Source: Macrostomum hystrix (taxonomy: Eukaryota > Animalia > Platyhelminthes). From it: a DNA stretch of 64,000 nucleotides. The position numbers and the translations under genes are program-made. Shown here in pieces: positions 47,701 to 60,103 of the stretch (positions within the stretch are counted from its first letter, which is position 1; every line of letters starts with the position of its first letter). The stretch covers positions 28,396,001 to 28,460,000 of the forward strand of contig CATNEN010000038.1 in NCBI GenBank assembly GCA_950097015.1. Reading direction: 5' to 3'. Below the pieces are notes generated by a model. The model ran no database searches, had not been told where the DNA came from, and worked only from the letters and a program-made list of their open reading frames with translations.

Positions 47701-50700
47701 TAGGATTTCAATCATAGATCCCACTTTACTCAGGGATGAGGAATCTGGGAATTCAATCATAGATCCCACTTTACTCAGGGATGAGGAATCTGGGATTTCA
47801 ATCATAGATCCCACTTTACTCAGGGATGAGGAATCTAGGATTTCAATCATAGATCCCACTTTACTCAGGGATGAGGAATCTGGGATTTCAATCATAGATC
47901 CCACTTTACTCAGGGATGAGGAATCTGGGATTTCAATCATAGATCCTAATTTACTCAGGGATGAGGAATCTGGGATTTCAATCATAGATCCTAATTTACT
48001 CAGGGATGAGGAATCTGGGATTTCAATCATAGATCTACTTTACTCAGGGATGAGGAATCTGGGATTTCAATCATAGATCCCACTTTACTCAGGGATGAGG
48101 AATCTGGGATTTCAATCATAGATCTACTTTACTCAGGGATGAGGAATCTGGGATTTCAATCATAGATCCCACTTTACTCAGGGATGAGGAATCTGGGATT
48201 TCAATCATAGATCCTAATTTACTCAGGGATGAGGAATCTGGGATTTCAATCATAGATCCTAATTTACTCAGGGATGAGGAATCTGGGATTTCAATCATAG
48301 ATCCCACTTTAATTAGGGATGAGGAATCAGATACTATATTTTAATCCTAGATCCTGTTTGGTTTTATATGTTAAATCTCTTCAGATGTTATTCAGAAGTT
48401 TTTCTTGACTTTTTATACCAATTTTTTACTAGCATTTTTCCCTACTCACCTGCAGCTCAAGCGGCTCATCCTCCGGTCCGCCGTAGGGGACCAGATCGTC
48501 TTGAGACTCCGGCGCCAGCAAAGCAGGCGTGTCAGCCTGCAGCCGATCCTGGAGGTCAGCCAGCAGCATGTTAAATGCGGATTGTACAGCCGCGGCGATG
48601 ATATCGCAGGCGTGTTCAACTGTGCCAGGAGCCAAATCGGACAGTTGAGCGTCGCGTTTAACAAAGTGCAGATGCTCGCTAGCGTTGGCCAGCCAGAATA
48701 CCAGCGCCTGCGGTTCTGTCTGGCTGTCCGCCACGGCAGCGGAGAGGCTGTCGGCCACGCCCAGCAGGCAATTGTCTAGCCGACCCGGGCTGGTATCTGG
48801 AGCATTGTTTGTGTCGCGCAGGACGGCTCTCTCAGTCAGGTAGAGTGCGTATGCCGGTGCCAGGCGAAATCTCACAGACTGCGGCGAACAGCGGAATACA
48901 ACCTCTTCAATTAGGCGGGCATCGTGCTGCGGCTGGACTATGATGCCGCAGGGCAGGTCGTCCAAGGGACCGGTAGGCACCGCTGTGGATGATAAGATGA
49001 GATTAGTTAGCGGATAAAAAATAACCAGGTACAAGAGATGAATCTCGTGGGAATTTAGTGCATTATTTGAGTACATTATGCCTCGCTTCTCAGAATATTC
49101 CCTCGGGATCTAAAGTCTCAACTACTTAGTTAAAAGCTATCGATTCGAATAGTCAGCAAACAAATGCATATTAAGTACAATAACAGTCTGTTTTTTTATA
49201 ACCCATTATTAATGATAATATTAATTGCAAGAGGGCTGCGGGCCACGGCGCATCATTTCGTAACAGTAGACCGGCGAGGAGGCAATTCTGCCCATTTCGC
49301 TGACTCCTGAGCACACAGGCACACAGATACTGTACGCACGCACACACTCACACGGGTGTGTACATCTGCCCTGACTTTCTCATCGTCTGTGCCTTGTAGG
49401 TTGGCCCTCAAGGGCTTAAATTGCACGACAAGCCCCCAAGCCCTCTCCGAAGCTGCGCCCCAAATAAATGTGGCCTCGCCGTGAAATCGAACTTAGGGAC
49501 CTTGGTGCGAGAGGCAAACGCGTTAACCGCTCTGCCACGGACCCCCTAATTTTTTCAGCCTAGTGGACTGAGCTTCGGACATACAGTAGGTCAGGATTTC
49601 GAATCTCAGACGGGGGAAAATATGTGTTTTTTCGTAAGACGATTAACCACAACTCACAAGCCGCTGCAACATGCGGTGGTGGAGGTGGCTGCTGAGGCTG
49701 TAGCTGCTGCTGCTGCTGCTGCTGTAGCTGCTGCTGCTGTTGCTGCTGCTGTAGCTGCTGCTGCTGCTGCTGCATGTAGCGCCTCTCAGCCAGAGGATCA
49801 ATGAATCTAACCAGAAGATCGCGACCCAGCCGGACGCTGACGCCGCTCCGCAGAGCAGCCCAACTGCCCGGACTGACTCGCTGATTGTTAATCCAAACAG
49901 CGCAGGCCGGATTAGCTGGTGATAATCCCAGACTGGGCGGCTGCTCACCGGGACGCAGGTTAATCAGGCAGTGCACCGGCTGCACATCCGGGTGAGACAG
50001 CTGGACAAAGGTTCCGGAGCCGGCAACGACAGCGCTGGGACTGCTGCTGCCTAGTTGAATCGGAGCTGGTTGGTCGATGGGCAGGCGGACTAGACGGCCT
50101 GCGGGACAGTCGCTGCCGTCCGGATTCAACTCCACCAGGTAGGGCAGGTCCAGATTTTGTTGGGGATGCTGCTGCTGATGCTGCTGCTTCTGCTGCTGGT
50201 GCTGGACAAGAGAAGTTTGAGACACTGACGCTGACATTGAACGACCATTTAGTGGCTGGTGCGGAGGCTGCTGAGCTACTGGCGGCTGCGGCTGCGGCTG
50301 CTGCAGCTGTTTCTGCTGCTGCCTGTGCAGCTGGAACTGATGCAGGTGCTGCTGATACTGTTGACGCATGCCGGCTGGAACTGGGCGAACCTGCGAGTTG
50401 GAGCAGTGGGCGGAATAATTAGCATGTGTGCTTTTGCTATGCGCGTGTCATGGTGCACAACTGCGCTCTGCCAATTTTAGAACCAAGCGATTCAGTTCAT
50501 AGAGCTGGGAATCATTCATAAGCCGAATCATGTTCCTTACAGAATTTGTCAACAGTGTTGAAACATTATTTCTAATAGAAAAAGAACCAAGGTATTTGGT
50601 AGGCATGGGACTCGAACTAAGAGGTAGAGGATCTGGGAAGAATCGGAGGATTGGGACTCTAACAAGAGGATCTGGGAGGATTGGGACTCTAACAAGAGGA

Positions 50701-53700
50701 TCTGGGAGGATTGGGACTCGAACCAGAGGATCTGGGAGGATTGGGACTCTAACAAGAGGATCTGGGAGGATTGGGACTCGAACCAGAGGATCTGGGAGGA
50801 TTGGGACTCTAACAAGAGGATCTGGGAGGAGTGGGACTCGAACCAGAGGATCTGGGAGGATTGGGACTCGAACCAGAGGATCTGGGAGGATTGGGACTCG
50901 AACCAGAGGATCTGGGAGGATTGGGACTCTAACAAGAGGATCTGGGAGGAGTGGGACTCGAACCAGAGGATCTGGGAGGAGTGGGACTCGAACCAGAGGA
51001 TCTGGGAGGATTGGGACTCGAACCAGAGGATCTGGGAGGATTGGGACTCTAACAAGAGGATCTGGGAGGAGTGGGACTCTAACCAGAGGATCTGGGAGGA
51101 GTGGGACTCGAACCAGAGGATCTGGGAGGAGTGGGACTCGAACCAGAGGATCTGGGAGGATTGGGACTCGAACCAGAGGATCTGGGAGGATTGGGACTCT
51201 AACAAGAGGATCTGGGAGGATTGGGACTCGAACCAGAGGATCTGGGAGGAGTGGGACTCTAACAAGAGGATCTGGGAGGAGTGGGACTCGAACCAGAGGA
51301 TCTGGGAGGAGTGGGACTCGAACCAGAGGATCTGGGAGGATTGGGACTCGAACCAGAGGATCTGGGAGGATTGGGACTCTAACAAGAGGATCTGGGAGGA
51401 GTGGGACTCTAACCAGAGGATCTGGGAGGAGTGGGACTCGAACCAGAGGATCTGGGAGGAGTGGGACTCGAACCAGAGGATCTGGGAGGATTGGGACTCG
51501 AACCAGAGGATCTGGGAGGATTGGGACTCTAACAAGAGGATCTGGGAGGATTGGGACTCGAACCAGAGGATCTGGGAGGAGTGGAACTCTAACAAGAGGA
51601 TCTGGGAGGAGTGGGACTCGAACCAGAGGATCTGGGAGGAGTGGGACTCGAACCAGAGGATCTGGGAGGATTGGGACTCGAACCAGAGGATCTGGAAGAA
51701 TTCAGAGAATCGGTACTCGAATCACAGACTGCCTCGAGGGAGTATCAGTGAAATCTAGCACCTAACCTGAAACATGAACGTGCCCTTAGCTGGAGGCCGG
51801 TTAAACATGATGTCCAGCGGTCGCTCATCTGGGGGTAGCGGCTCCTCTAGCTGGTCTGGGCGGTAGGCCTGCCTGTCCTCTCTGGGTGGCAGCCAGATCT
51901 TCACAAGGCAATAGTCGCCGGGGTTGGCGCCAGGCATCATATTGTACTTGTCCAGCATCTCGGCAACAATGTCTGAGCAGGTGTCGTCAGTGGTTAGGAG
52001 CAGAGCTTTATAAGGAATGTCCGGCTTTAGCGCGTCGCCGTAGACTTTCAGCGTGGCGCTTTTGGAACCCGCAGCGCTGGCCTGTTTAATTTTTTTTGTT
52101 TTATTTGATAATTTGAGAACAATGAGTAACAAGCGACAATCATTAGCGTGGCTTTAATCATATCAGATACTATCTAGCAAGGAATACAGTGAGCGACATT
52201 GCCTGAAAAACGGCTCCGGGTATTCATAAAGTTTATGCATCACGTCTTAGTAATAATAATAATTGAAGATTACATCTGCCCTATTGGACCAGATGTGCAG
52301 CTGCAGCTATTGCGCGTCGCATTTGAAGGCTGCGTACGGCTGTTCAGTCCATGGACTGGGGGGACGCCACACCCACCTTCAATTATCCCAGCTGATGCTG
52401 GTACCCATTTAACAGCTGGGTGAACTGAACCAATGCAGTGTTAAGTGTCTTGCTAAATGACACAAATTGTTTCAGTGGAGTCGCGACTCGAACCCCCGAT
52501 CTTCAAGACGAGTCCGACACTCTAGCCCCTAGGCTGCAACCCCTCGTAAACCATGTATTGCTACTTTATGAAGGTGCGAGTAGAAACAGTATTAGTAAGT
52601 ACTGGTGTCATATTATTGTAGCATATACAGCTAGCTTAAAGTTGTTGCTCTAAATCAGAAATAGCTAGCAAATTAAGTTGTAACTGTGGCACAGCTGTCC
52701 AAAGGAGAATAATCTGAATTAGGATTTAGCAAGACACTTAATTCCCTACGCCCTTTGAGTGCCAAACTCCAAGGCACAGCGAGAGTGTACACTGCCTGAT
52801 AATGAGAAAGTCAGAGCAGATGTACACACACCAGTTTGTTGCTGTGCTCAGGAGTCAGCGAAATGGGCAGAATTGCCTCCTCACTGGCTGCGGGTCCACT
52901 ATCACCTACTTTTGTGCTACAATAACTAGAATTAAAAAAATTAAAACTTGAATTTAAAGTAGATTTAGCAATAATTAGTCGACAATCTGACCTGCTCAAT
53001 CTTCTCCAATTTCTGCTTGCGCCTACGCGCCATGACCAGCTCAGGATTGGAAATGGTCCTGGTGAAGGTTGAGTCCGGCAGTGCGGTGGCTTTTTTCTGG
53101 TCTGCTTCCATCTGTTCTTTCTTCTTCTTTTCGCGTTTAGAAAGTCGCTTCTTTTCTCGCTTAAAAGTGTCGCCGGAACCGCCAGTTAAACTGGCATTGT
53201 TGTTCATCTGACGCAATGGTTAGAACAATGGGAATGAGTAATCATCAGTTGTCATTTGACTGAATTGACTGGTTTAAATTCCAACCCAGTTTTTTTCATA
53301 GAAAATCAGATACTATCTAGCAAGGAATACAAAAGGTGGCATTGCTTTATTAAGCTCAGTGTATCCAAATGGTTATGCATCATTGTGTTTAAATTTCGCT
53401 GCTATTTAACCTTTTCAACTTTTCAGAATGCGGTTACGCCACACTTGTTTGATTATGGGCGCTGAAATGCATCAGTTGCATAATAGATTGACTGCTATCA
53501 AAATAATTAAACCGCGTGCCTCGGATAAGGGTCAAGGAATGACTTGACCCGAATTACTTTAACCTGAAAATTTTTTGTAATCAAAGCATAACCTCAAACT
53601 AAAAACGTAATCGCACACGACCATTATTTTAGAGGTCATCAACTTTCTTAAGCCTCAAATAAAAAACTTAAACGAAATCCCAACCTAAAATTTAGAAATA

Positions 53701-55176
53701 TAATTTCTACGAACTAGAACCTTCTCAAAACAAACCTTCATGAACTAGAACCTTCTCAAAACAAGCCTTCATGAACTAGAACCTTCTCAAAACAAACCTT
53801 CATGAACTAGAACCTTCTCAAAACAAACCTTCATGAACTAGAACCTTCTCAAAACAAACCTTCATGAACTAGAACCTTCTCAAAACAAGCCTTCATGAAC
53901 TAGAACCTTCTCAAAACAAGCCTTCATGAACTAGAACCTTCTCAAAACAAACCTTCATGAACTAGAACCTTCTCAAAACAAACCTTCATGAACTAGAACC
54001 TTCTCAAAACAAACCTTCATGAACTAGAACCTTCTCAAAACAAACCTTCATGAACTAGAACCTTCTCAAAACAAACCTTCATGAACTAGAACCTTCTCAA
54101 AACAAACCTTCATGAACTAGAACCTTCTCAAAACAAACCTTTATGAACTAGAACCTTCTCAAAACAAACCTTCATGAACTAGAACCTTCTCAAAACAAGC
54201 CTTCATGAACTAGAACCTTCTCAAAACAAGCCTTCATGAACTAGAACCTTCTCAAAACAAGCCTTCATGAACTAGAACCTTCTCAAAACAAACCTTCATG
54301 AACTAGAACCTTCTCAAAACAAACCTTTATGAACTAGAAGCTTCTCAAAACAAACCTTCATGAACTAGAACCTTCTCAAAACAGGCCTTCATGAACTAGA
54401 AGCTTCTCAAAACAAACCTTAATGAACTAGAACCTTCTCAAAACAAACCTTCATGAACTAGAACCTTCTCAAAACAAACCTTCATGAACTAGAACCTTCT
54501 CAAAACAAACCTTAATGAACTAGAAGCTTCTCAAACCTAACCTTCATGAACTAGAACCTTCTCAAAACAAGCCTTCATGAACTAGAACCTTCTCAAAACA
54601 AGCCTTCATGAACTAGAACCTTCTCAAAACAAACGTTAATGAACTAGAAGCTTCTCAAACCTAACCTTCATGAACTAAAGCCTTCTTCATTGTCTTTTTC
54701 TTGAGTATAGTTCATTTCAAAACATGCACTATGAAGATTAAAAATTACCGACTTGCCTCTCTTTGCCGATTAACCCTAGTCTCGTTTTTCAGTATAAACT
54801 TTCCGTCTCGATCGTCTTTGCCCCAGTTGAGCTGCACAAGCAGTGGCCGATCGTTCTCAGACAATCGCCTCTCATCGCCATTTGAGTGCACCTCGTAAAG
54901 GCCGTAGATGTCGCAGCCGAGCATCTTCAAGTCGGGATGAAATTTCTCAACTAGGGGACCAATGAGGTCGCGAGTTGTAGCCGTGCTGGACACGCGCAAG
55001 CATTTAGTCTGGTATTTCTGATCGTCGCCTTGAAAATAGAAGCGCATGGCGCCAAAGAATTCCAGATTCTGATTTGGGAAAGAGATTTCGAATAGGTCCA
55101 AACGATTCTCGTTCCATTCTCGAATACGATTGATGAGCTCAATGCGCTCAGTCTCAAGCTGTGAGGCCGACTGCAT
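35736..55176 (-). CDS. AFDN: Afadin / canoe / AF-6 (RA1-RA2-FHA-DIL-PDZ plus proline/coiled-coil tail); 16 predicted coding exons
   Basis: Exons 55176-54757, 53207-52992, 52081-51767, 50390-49658, 48982-48450, 46842-46538, 45066-44631, 43527-43213, 42851-41512, 41094-40755, 39508-39098, 38254-38201, 38096-38031, 37931-37659, 36870-36580 and 35951-35736. Diagnostic motifs: [98 protein letters not shown]...[31 protein letters not shown]. Confidence 0.95.
35968..36537 (+). repeat. Degenerate tandem repeat containing 28S rRNA-like blocks (afadin last intron)
   Basis: Four copies of (GG)TAAATGGCGGGAGTAACTATGACT...GCTCGTCATCTTATTAGTCC at about 35969, 36298, 36401 and 36489, plus a partial copy near 36070. 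Confidence 0.75.
37140..37620. repeat. 13-bp purine-rich intronic minisatellite (GACAGGAGAGGTA)
   Basis: Tandem array visible directly. Confidence 0.9.
38310..39000. repeat. 24-bp intronic minisatellite (TATACCTGCCATTCTAGATCCCAA)
   Basis: Tandem array visible directly. Confidence 0.95.
39560..40745. repeat. 24-bp intronic minisatellite (GAAGGCTGAGATGAAGGGAGGAGT)
   Basis: Tandem array visible directly. Confidence 0.95.
43600..43760 (-). mobile_element. SINE family 1 fragment abutting a 30-bp minisatellite
   Basis: CACACAGGTGTGTACATCTGTCCTGACTTTCTCATCGTCAGGCAGTGTACAC block. Confidence 0.7.
43763..44570. repeat. 30-bp intronic minisatellite (GTATAGGGATTTCGGTAC[G/A]TAGCACCAAGA)
   Basis: Near-perfect tandem array. 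Confidence 0.95.
45110..46460. repeat. 21-bp intronic minisatellite (TTATGATTATGAATGGGATTC)
   Basis: Tandem array. Source of the (MIMNGIL)n ORFs. Confidence 0.95.
46897..48330. repeat. 45/46-bp intronic minisatellite (CATAGATCCCACTTTACTCAGGGATGAGGAATCTGGGATTTCAAT)
   Basis: Tandem array visible directly. Confidence 0.95.
49205..49545 (-). mobile_element. tRNA-derived SINE family 1, most complete copy
   Basis: The minus strand begins GGGGTCCGTGGCAGAGCGGTTAACGCG (A box) ...AGTTCGATTTC (B box), followed by the body shared with about 10 other copies and an AT-rich tail. Confidence 0.85.
50620..51700. repeat. 30-bp intronic minisatellite (GAGGATCTGGGAGGATTGGGACTCGAACCA)
   Basis: Tandem array visible directly. 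Confidence 0.95.
52245..52546 (-). mobile_element. tRNA-derived SINE family 2 with a CORE/Meta-like central domain
   Basis: Minus strand has a tRNA-like head with GGTTCGAGTC B box, then TGTGTCATTTAGCAAGACACTTAAC...CACCCAGCTGTTAAATGGGTACC and an (ATT)n tail. The domain name is from recall, not a search. Confidence 0.7.
52745..52905 (+). mobile_element. SINE family 1 fragment
   Basis: CCAAGGCACAG...GAGAAAGTCAG...GCAGAATTGCCTCCTCACTGGCTGCGGG blocks. Confidence 0.7.
53710..54680. repeat. 31-bp intronic minisatellite (GAACTAGAACCTTCTCAAAACAAACCTTCAT)
   Basis: Tandem array visible directly. Confidence 0.95.
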
Positions 55177-56076
55177 TGCAGGTGGCTATGAACTGGGCCG
55201 GGCTGCAATTTGTAGCATTTTTTCTATATTTTCTAATTGCTATAATGTGTATCTAAAATTAACTAGTTTATCTTGCATCTGTATAATAATAGAACTTTTT
55301 TACCAACCATTTACTTTCTTCAGGAACATAATTATGGGTGAAAGTTTCAGCATATTTAACTATTCTAAAATGTACAAACCTGAAAGCTGCAGAAAACTTT
55401 GTGGCTATATTTTTAAGCATAATATTCTCGCATTATGTGCAATGTGCAACTAATGTGCAATATCAAACAAATCTTAAGCAAAGTTTTAATTTGCAATACT
55501 CTTATTAATTTAATGTGCAATTTTACATTTTAATTGCTTTCTGGCTAATATTCATATATGAATACCCTATAAATTATATGATCACAAAAGGGATAATTTG
55601 AAAGAAAAGAAGTTTGCTTATATTGGAAAAATATTTTTGTGGTAGCCAGTTCTTCATATACTTACTTTCTTTCTATTCTTTTCTAAAAAAACTACAGTAG
55701 AATAAATACAATAGCTAACTTTTGTTAAAACAATGTTCCTTATCATTTCTTTTATAATAACTATATACCCAGGTATATATGCTCTAGAGCTCTAGGTATA
55801 TATATTTTCAGAAATTGAGATTTAGCTCAAGACAAGATTCTAAATAAGGAAAACCTGAAGTTGAGGAATTTCAACATGAGACAAGATAATAAGAAATATA
55901 CCTTTGTATCTTGAAACATGAATAGTAAGTTAAACACTATTAAATTATTATTATTACAAGAATCAAGATATTAATTGCTATCATTAAATTTTGCTAATTT
56001 ATTTTTGTTCCATAAGTCAGAGTTTGTAACATTTGTAGCAGCACTAATAAGTCAATGACTAACAGTAACAAGTAAG

Positions 56077-56633
56077 CCATAGTCAGGATGATGTACATTA
56101 TGCCGTAAATTTCTGGCGTACAAATAACAATTTAATTTTTTTTGGCATACAATTGGCCTAAAAAATGCCGCCGGACGCCGTGGCATATATATGCCAAGCA
56201 GTGTATGCCAACTCCAACCTTCATGCCAAAGTTAATATTAACAATTGTTGGCATAATGCCATAACCTCAGAATCTTATTATAAAATCATAAAAACCGTAA
56301 AACTCGTAAGATGAAATGAAAGTTCATAACGATTTGTGATTTATAAAAAGTAAAAATTGTATGCAAACTATTCATGTAATTTTCTAAAAAAACTTAAACA
56401 AAAAATATGATGTTATCTAGTGCATTGTATTTGGTGAGTGAAACGGGTTAAGTAGAGGTGTTTATAAAGTAGGCAAAAATGTGTAACACGCAAAAAGGTC
56501 ATTTATTGTCACAAAGCCTAGAAAACGTGGCGTAAGTTCCTAGAACCTTGGCGTATGTTTCAGTATGAAGTGGCATAGATTTTTTAAGGGACTTTTTATT
56601 CCGGCATATACCATGACATGATCCTGACTATGG
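56077..56633. mobile_element. Non-autonomous DNA transposon (MITE) with 8-bp TSD (P/hAT-type)
   Basis: TIR CCATAGTCAGGAT...ATCCTGACTATGG and TSD CAAGTAAG at 56069-56076 and 56634-56641. Confidence 0.8.
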
Positions 56634-58284
56634 CAAGTAAGAAAGGTTTTTGACAGTAAAAAGTGACTTAGGTTAAGTGGCCTTAGATCATTTTTACAAC
56701 TTATATTTTTTTATTACAAGCATGCAAATTGTTTTTTAATATCTACACATAGCATGCTTTAGACTATAGATATTGAAAGCATTGAAAATAAAATAATTCA
56801 GTTTAAACATACACATGTGCATTAGAGAAATAATATTATATAATATTATTCATAATTTATAAACTTATAGTTACACTGTTACCTACACTGAGCAACAGCA
56901 ACAGTTGAACTCAAAATGACACCCCTAGCGAGAGGTGAAGTTTGCTCTTACTTGTACAAATAATGCAAATTACTCAATACATAGGAAAAATTGTAAATAG
57001 GCCTAGGGGCAAATGGTTGGTCATTATTGATGCTAGCTTTAGATTATACTAATAAATGATTACTAGAGGTTTTATATTTAACTTGATTGTTTAGTGTTTG
57101 CAACTCTATATGAGTAAAATTATTGCCCCCCAACCAAGGGTAGCTTTAGAAGTTTAGTAGCATAAAATTTGTTAAATTAAAATTGCTGGGTATAAAAGTA
57201 AACTTTCAATATAATCATGTCCAAGCTGCGATTAGACTGTTGCATTGAGATTTTATTGAGCATGGGTATGAAAAAATTTCACTCTCAATGGAGAAAACTT
57301 TTTACAGAGTTCAAGAGTTGCCAGTTGGATTTAATTTGGGGGAGTTGACAGTTCAGGGAGGGAGACGGAGTCTACAATGGGTAAACTTTCCAAATTTGCT
57401 ACTGGGGCGTATATTAAGAGCTTTTAAGCAATGGGTCAACATTTAGATTTGCGGGAGGAAGTTATATTTGGGTAGTTTGCCAAATGCCCATAAAGGATAT
57501 TTTGCTATTATTTGACTCATAGCTAGTGTTCTGGCTATATTAGTAGCTAAAAAAATACTCGGCATACTGAGTTAGCAATATACTTAAAATAAATTATGCG
57601 TCTCAAAGGGCTGGAAACTTGCTCGTCACAAACTTAAATGCTGCGACTGGCACAGTATATGTCTCGGTGCGGACGATATAAAATTACATTTTCATGTGTA
57701 ATTAGCTATATCCTCAAAGCGTTTGTAACTAAAAATTAATCAGAAGCTTTTCTTCTAAAATTAAAAGCGACGTGTCATTATTCTTTAGGATTTATCGTTT
57801 GCAAGTAGTTAGTAGTGGTAATAATAACAAGCAGACTATTATTCATTAAACAATTAGTAAAAACAAGTTAAGCAACGCCCAATTTCTTCTTCCGCAAGGC
57901 AATTAAAACATCGTAATTGTAGTATTTCTAAAACTTTATTGGATTTATGCCTTATATATTTAATTTGTGCATGAAATTGGCATTAAATAATTATTGATTA
58001 GTTTAATATATATATTATTTAAAATATATATGTCACTAACTATTTTGCTAACTATTGTCACTAACTATGTGCGTGTCTTCCGGCAAAAACAAATAACTTT
58101 TTTGCCATTACAATAGTTAACTTTATCGACTTTAATGCAAATAAAGTCATTTCGGGTAAAAATGACTCCGTCAATATTAAGTGAATTTTTCCACAACAAG
58201 TGATTACTACATAATGTATATGTAATGAACAGCTATGTGGCTGATTCGTTCTAATTACCTTCGACAGTGGCACGTGCGTAGATA

Positions 58285-59409
58285 TACAACAACAACAACA
58301 ACAAAGTACGACAACCCGAGGCGGAAACCAAAGGGGCTGTCGTCAAAAGGCACGCGCAAGAGCAGAGTGGTGCAGAATTGTCAGTCCGCGGGGGTCGGAG
58401 ATTCTAGCGTCAGTCAGTAGCAGGTCAGGATAGCGTAGCGCCCTCGCCTGACCACGCCGCCGGGGCCCCCGCAGGGAAAGCAGCAGCGCGTCCTGCAGTG
58501 GCTCAGGGCAGCGCTGCTCCGCACGGATGACGTGGCCAGTCAGCTGCAGGCGCCAGATGCCCAGCAGCTGCAGACTTGGCTGGCAGAGCTGGGCCCGGCG
58601 ATAGAGCACATCGTTGCTGTGTTGGTGACGGCAGTCGGGGAATAGTGGACGCCGAAGGCGGCTCGCAGGAGTCCGGCATGGGCGGCATCGAGTTGCCATT
58701 CTTGCGTGCCATTCAGAGTCCACGTTTGAGCGTTGTAGAGAAGGACGGTCTCTATGACGGCTTGTAACAACCGCCCTCTCAGCCGATCCGGCAGCGTGGG
58801 GCACTGCAGGACAGTCCGCAGGGTGCGAAAGGCTGCCCAGGCAAGCGCCCTGCGTCGCGCCATGTCGTCCAGGGTGTCGGGCACTTGACCGCCAAGATAA
58901 ATGAAGGCTCGCAGCGCGGCAGCAGTACCGCTTGCCCATTTACGTTGTGGCAGAAGATCTCGCCGTTGAGGTCATTCGGGACGGTCAGCACCATTGTTTT
59001 CTTGGTGTTAACAGACAGCCCGACTACTGCCGCTGTCGCAGTCAGCTTGTCCAGCAGATGCTGAGCACCTTCGATTGAGCTGGACAGCAGCGGCAGGTCG
59101 TCCGCGTACGCCAGGACAGAGTCGTCTTTCGGGGTGTCGGCTGCTTGTCCTGCGACAGAGCAGAAAGCCGTTAGCGTCGTCAGGAAGGCCGGTGCGCAGC
59201 ACCCAGTCCAGGACCAGGACGAACAGAAAGGGAGCGAGGGTGTCGCGCTGCAGCACACCGGAGGTCGTGTCGAAGATATCGGACAGACCGTCCGGCTTCA
59301 CCACTGCCGCCCTGGTCTCCTGGTACAGGGCCATCACAGCCGTTACCAGCTGGTCAGGCACATGGTACGCGCGCAGGATCTTCGGGATGACCCGTCTCGA
59401 CATCGAGTC
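58285..59409 (-). mobile_element. RTE-like non-LTR retrotransposon, 3' half of the reverse transcriptase, frameshifted
   Basis: Motifs DSMSR..IPKILRAY, GVLQRDTLAPFLF.LVLDW, LAYADDL, GLSVNTKKT and VLLYNAQTW, with a (TTG)n 3' tail at about 58287-58304. Confidence 0.85.
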
Positions 59410-60103
59410 TATAAGACTTAGAAATCTGAAGGGAATTTAAGAGTTCGTCAGCGGGAAGCGAAAGCAAAAAATAGCAACAGCAGAAAGTGCGAGCAACCGA
59501 AAGGAGAATGATTAGACAAAATCCGCCCCCCAGAGATTAACTATTCATTTCAGCGCAGGCCCGGTTCGGCATGACAGCAGCTGTGCCGACGTGGAGCTGG
59601 CTGAGACCGGATCCGCAGAGGCGCCGACGTGGAGCTGCCGGAGACCGGATCCGCAGCTGTGCTGACGTGGAATGGCCCGAGACCGGAACGCAGCTGCGCT
59701 GACGTGGAGCTCCCGGAATCAACCCGGCCTACCCCGACCTGCAGCTGCCTGCATCGACCCAGCCCAGTCTGAAATTGGAGCCGCCCGGACCCGATCGGGA
59801 ACGAGATCTGGAGGAGGCCGGAACCGCACAAGAAGACTGGATCGATGAAGGGAAAGGGGATAATGAACAGTAGGAAAGAGGTCTCAGTAGAATTGGGAAC
59901 GCATCCTAACTCAACTAAGGTATTTTCAGGACTTTTCCCCACCTCCCATAGAAAATGGGTTGGCGTGCCTGCTAACCAACTAGTTTAATGACAACAACTG
60001 TACTAGACTCGAGGCTGCGACCTCACTCACCCCAAATTCTCATGCGTACTGTTGCTATGGTATTTTCTTCCCCTCGGATCGAGGGTTTTAAAGACATTAT
60101 ATA
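59410..60103 (+). mobile_element. Putative 5' LTR of the gag-env element, followed by a PBS-like TGGTGCGGAGCGCG at 60107
   Basis: Begins exactly where the RTE RT is cut off, has short inverted ends TATAA...TTATA and internal about 38-bp ACGTGG repeats (59577-59716), and is followed by a TGG-starting PBS-like motif. The second LTR would be outside the window. Confidence 0.4.

Noticed and set aside
43763-48330. CRISPR-like appearance of the 30-46-bp repeats
   Set aside because: The units are contiguous with no unique spacers, there are no cas genes, and the context is eukaryotic introns.
49470-49545. Functional tRNA genes at the SINE heads (also about 52470-52546)
   Set aside because: A/B boxes are present but no full cloverleaf was found, and each continues into a repeated SINE body.
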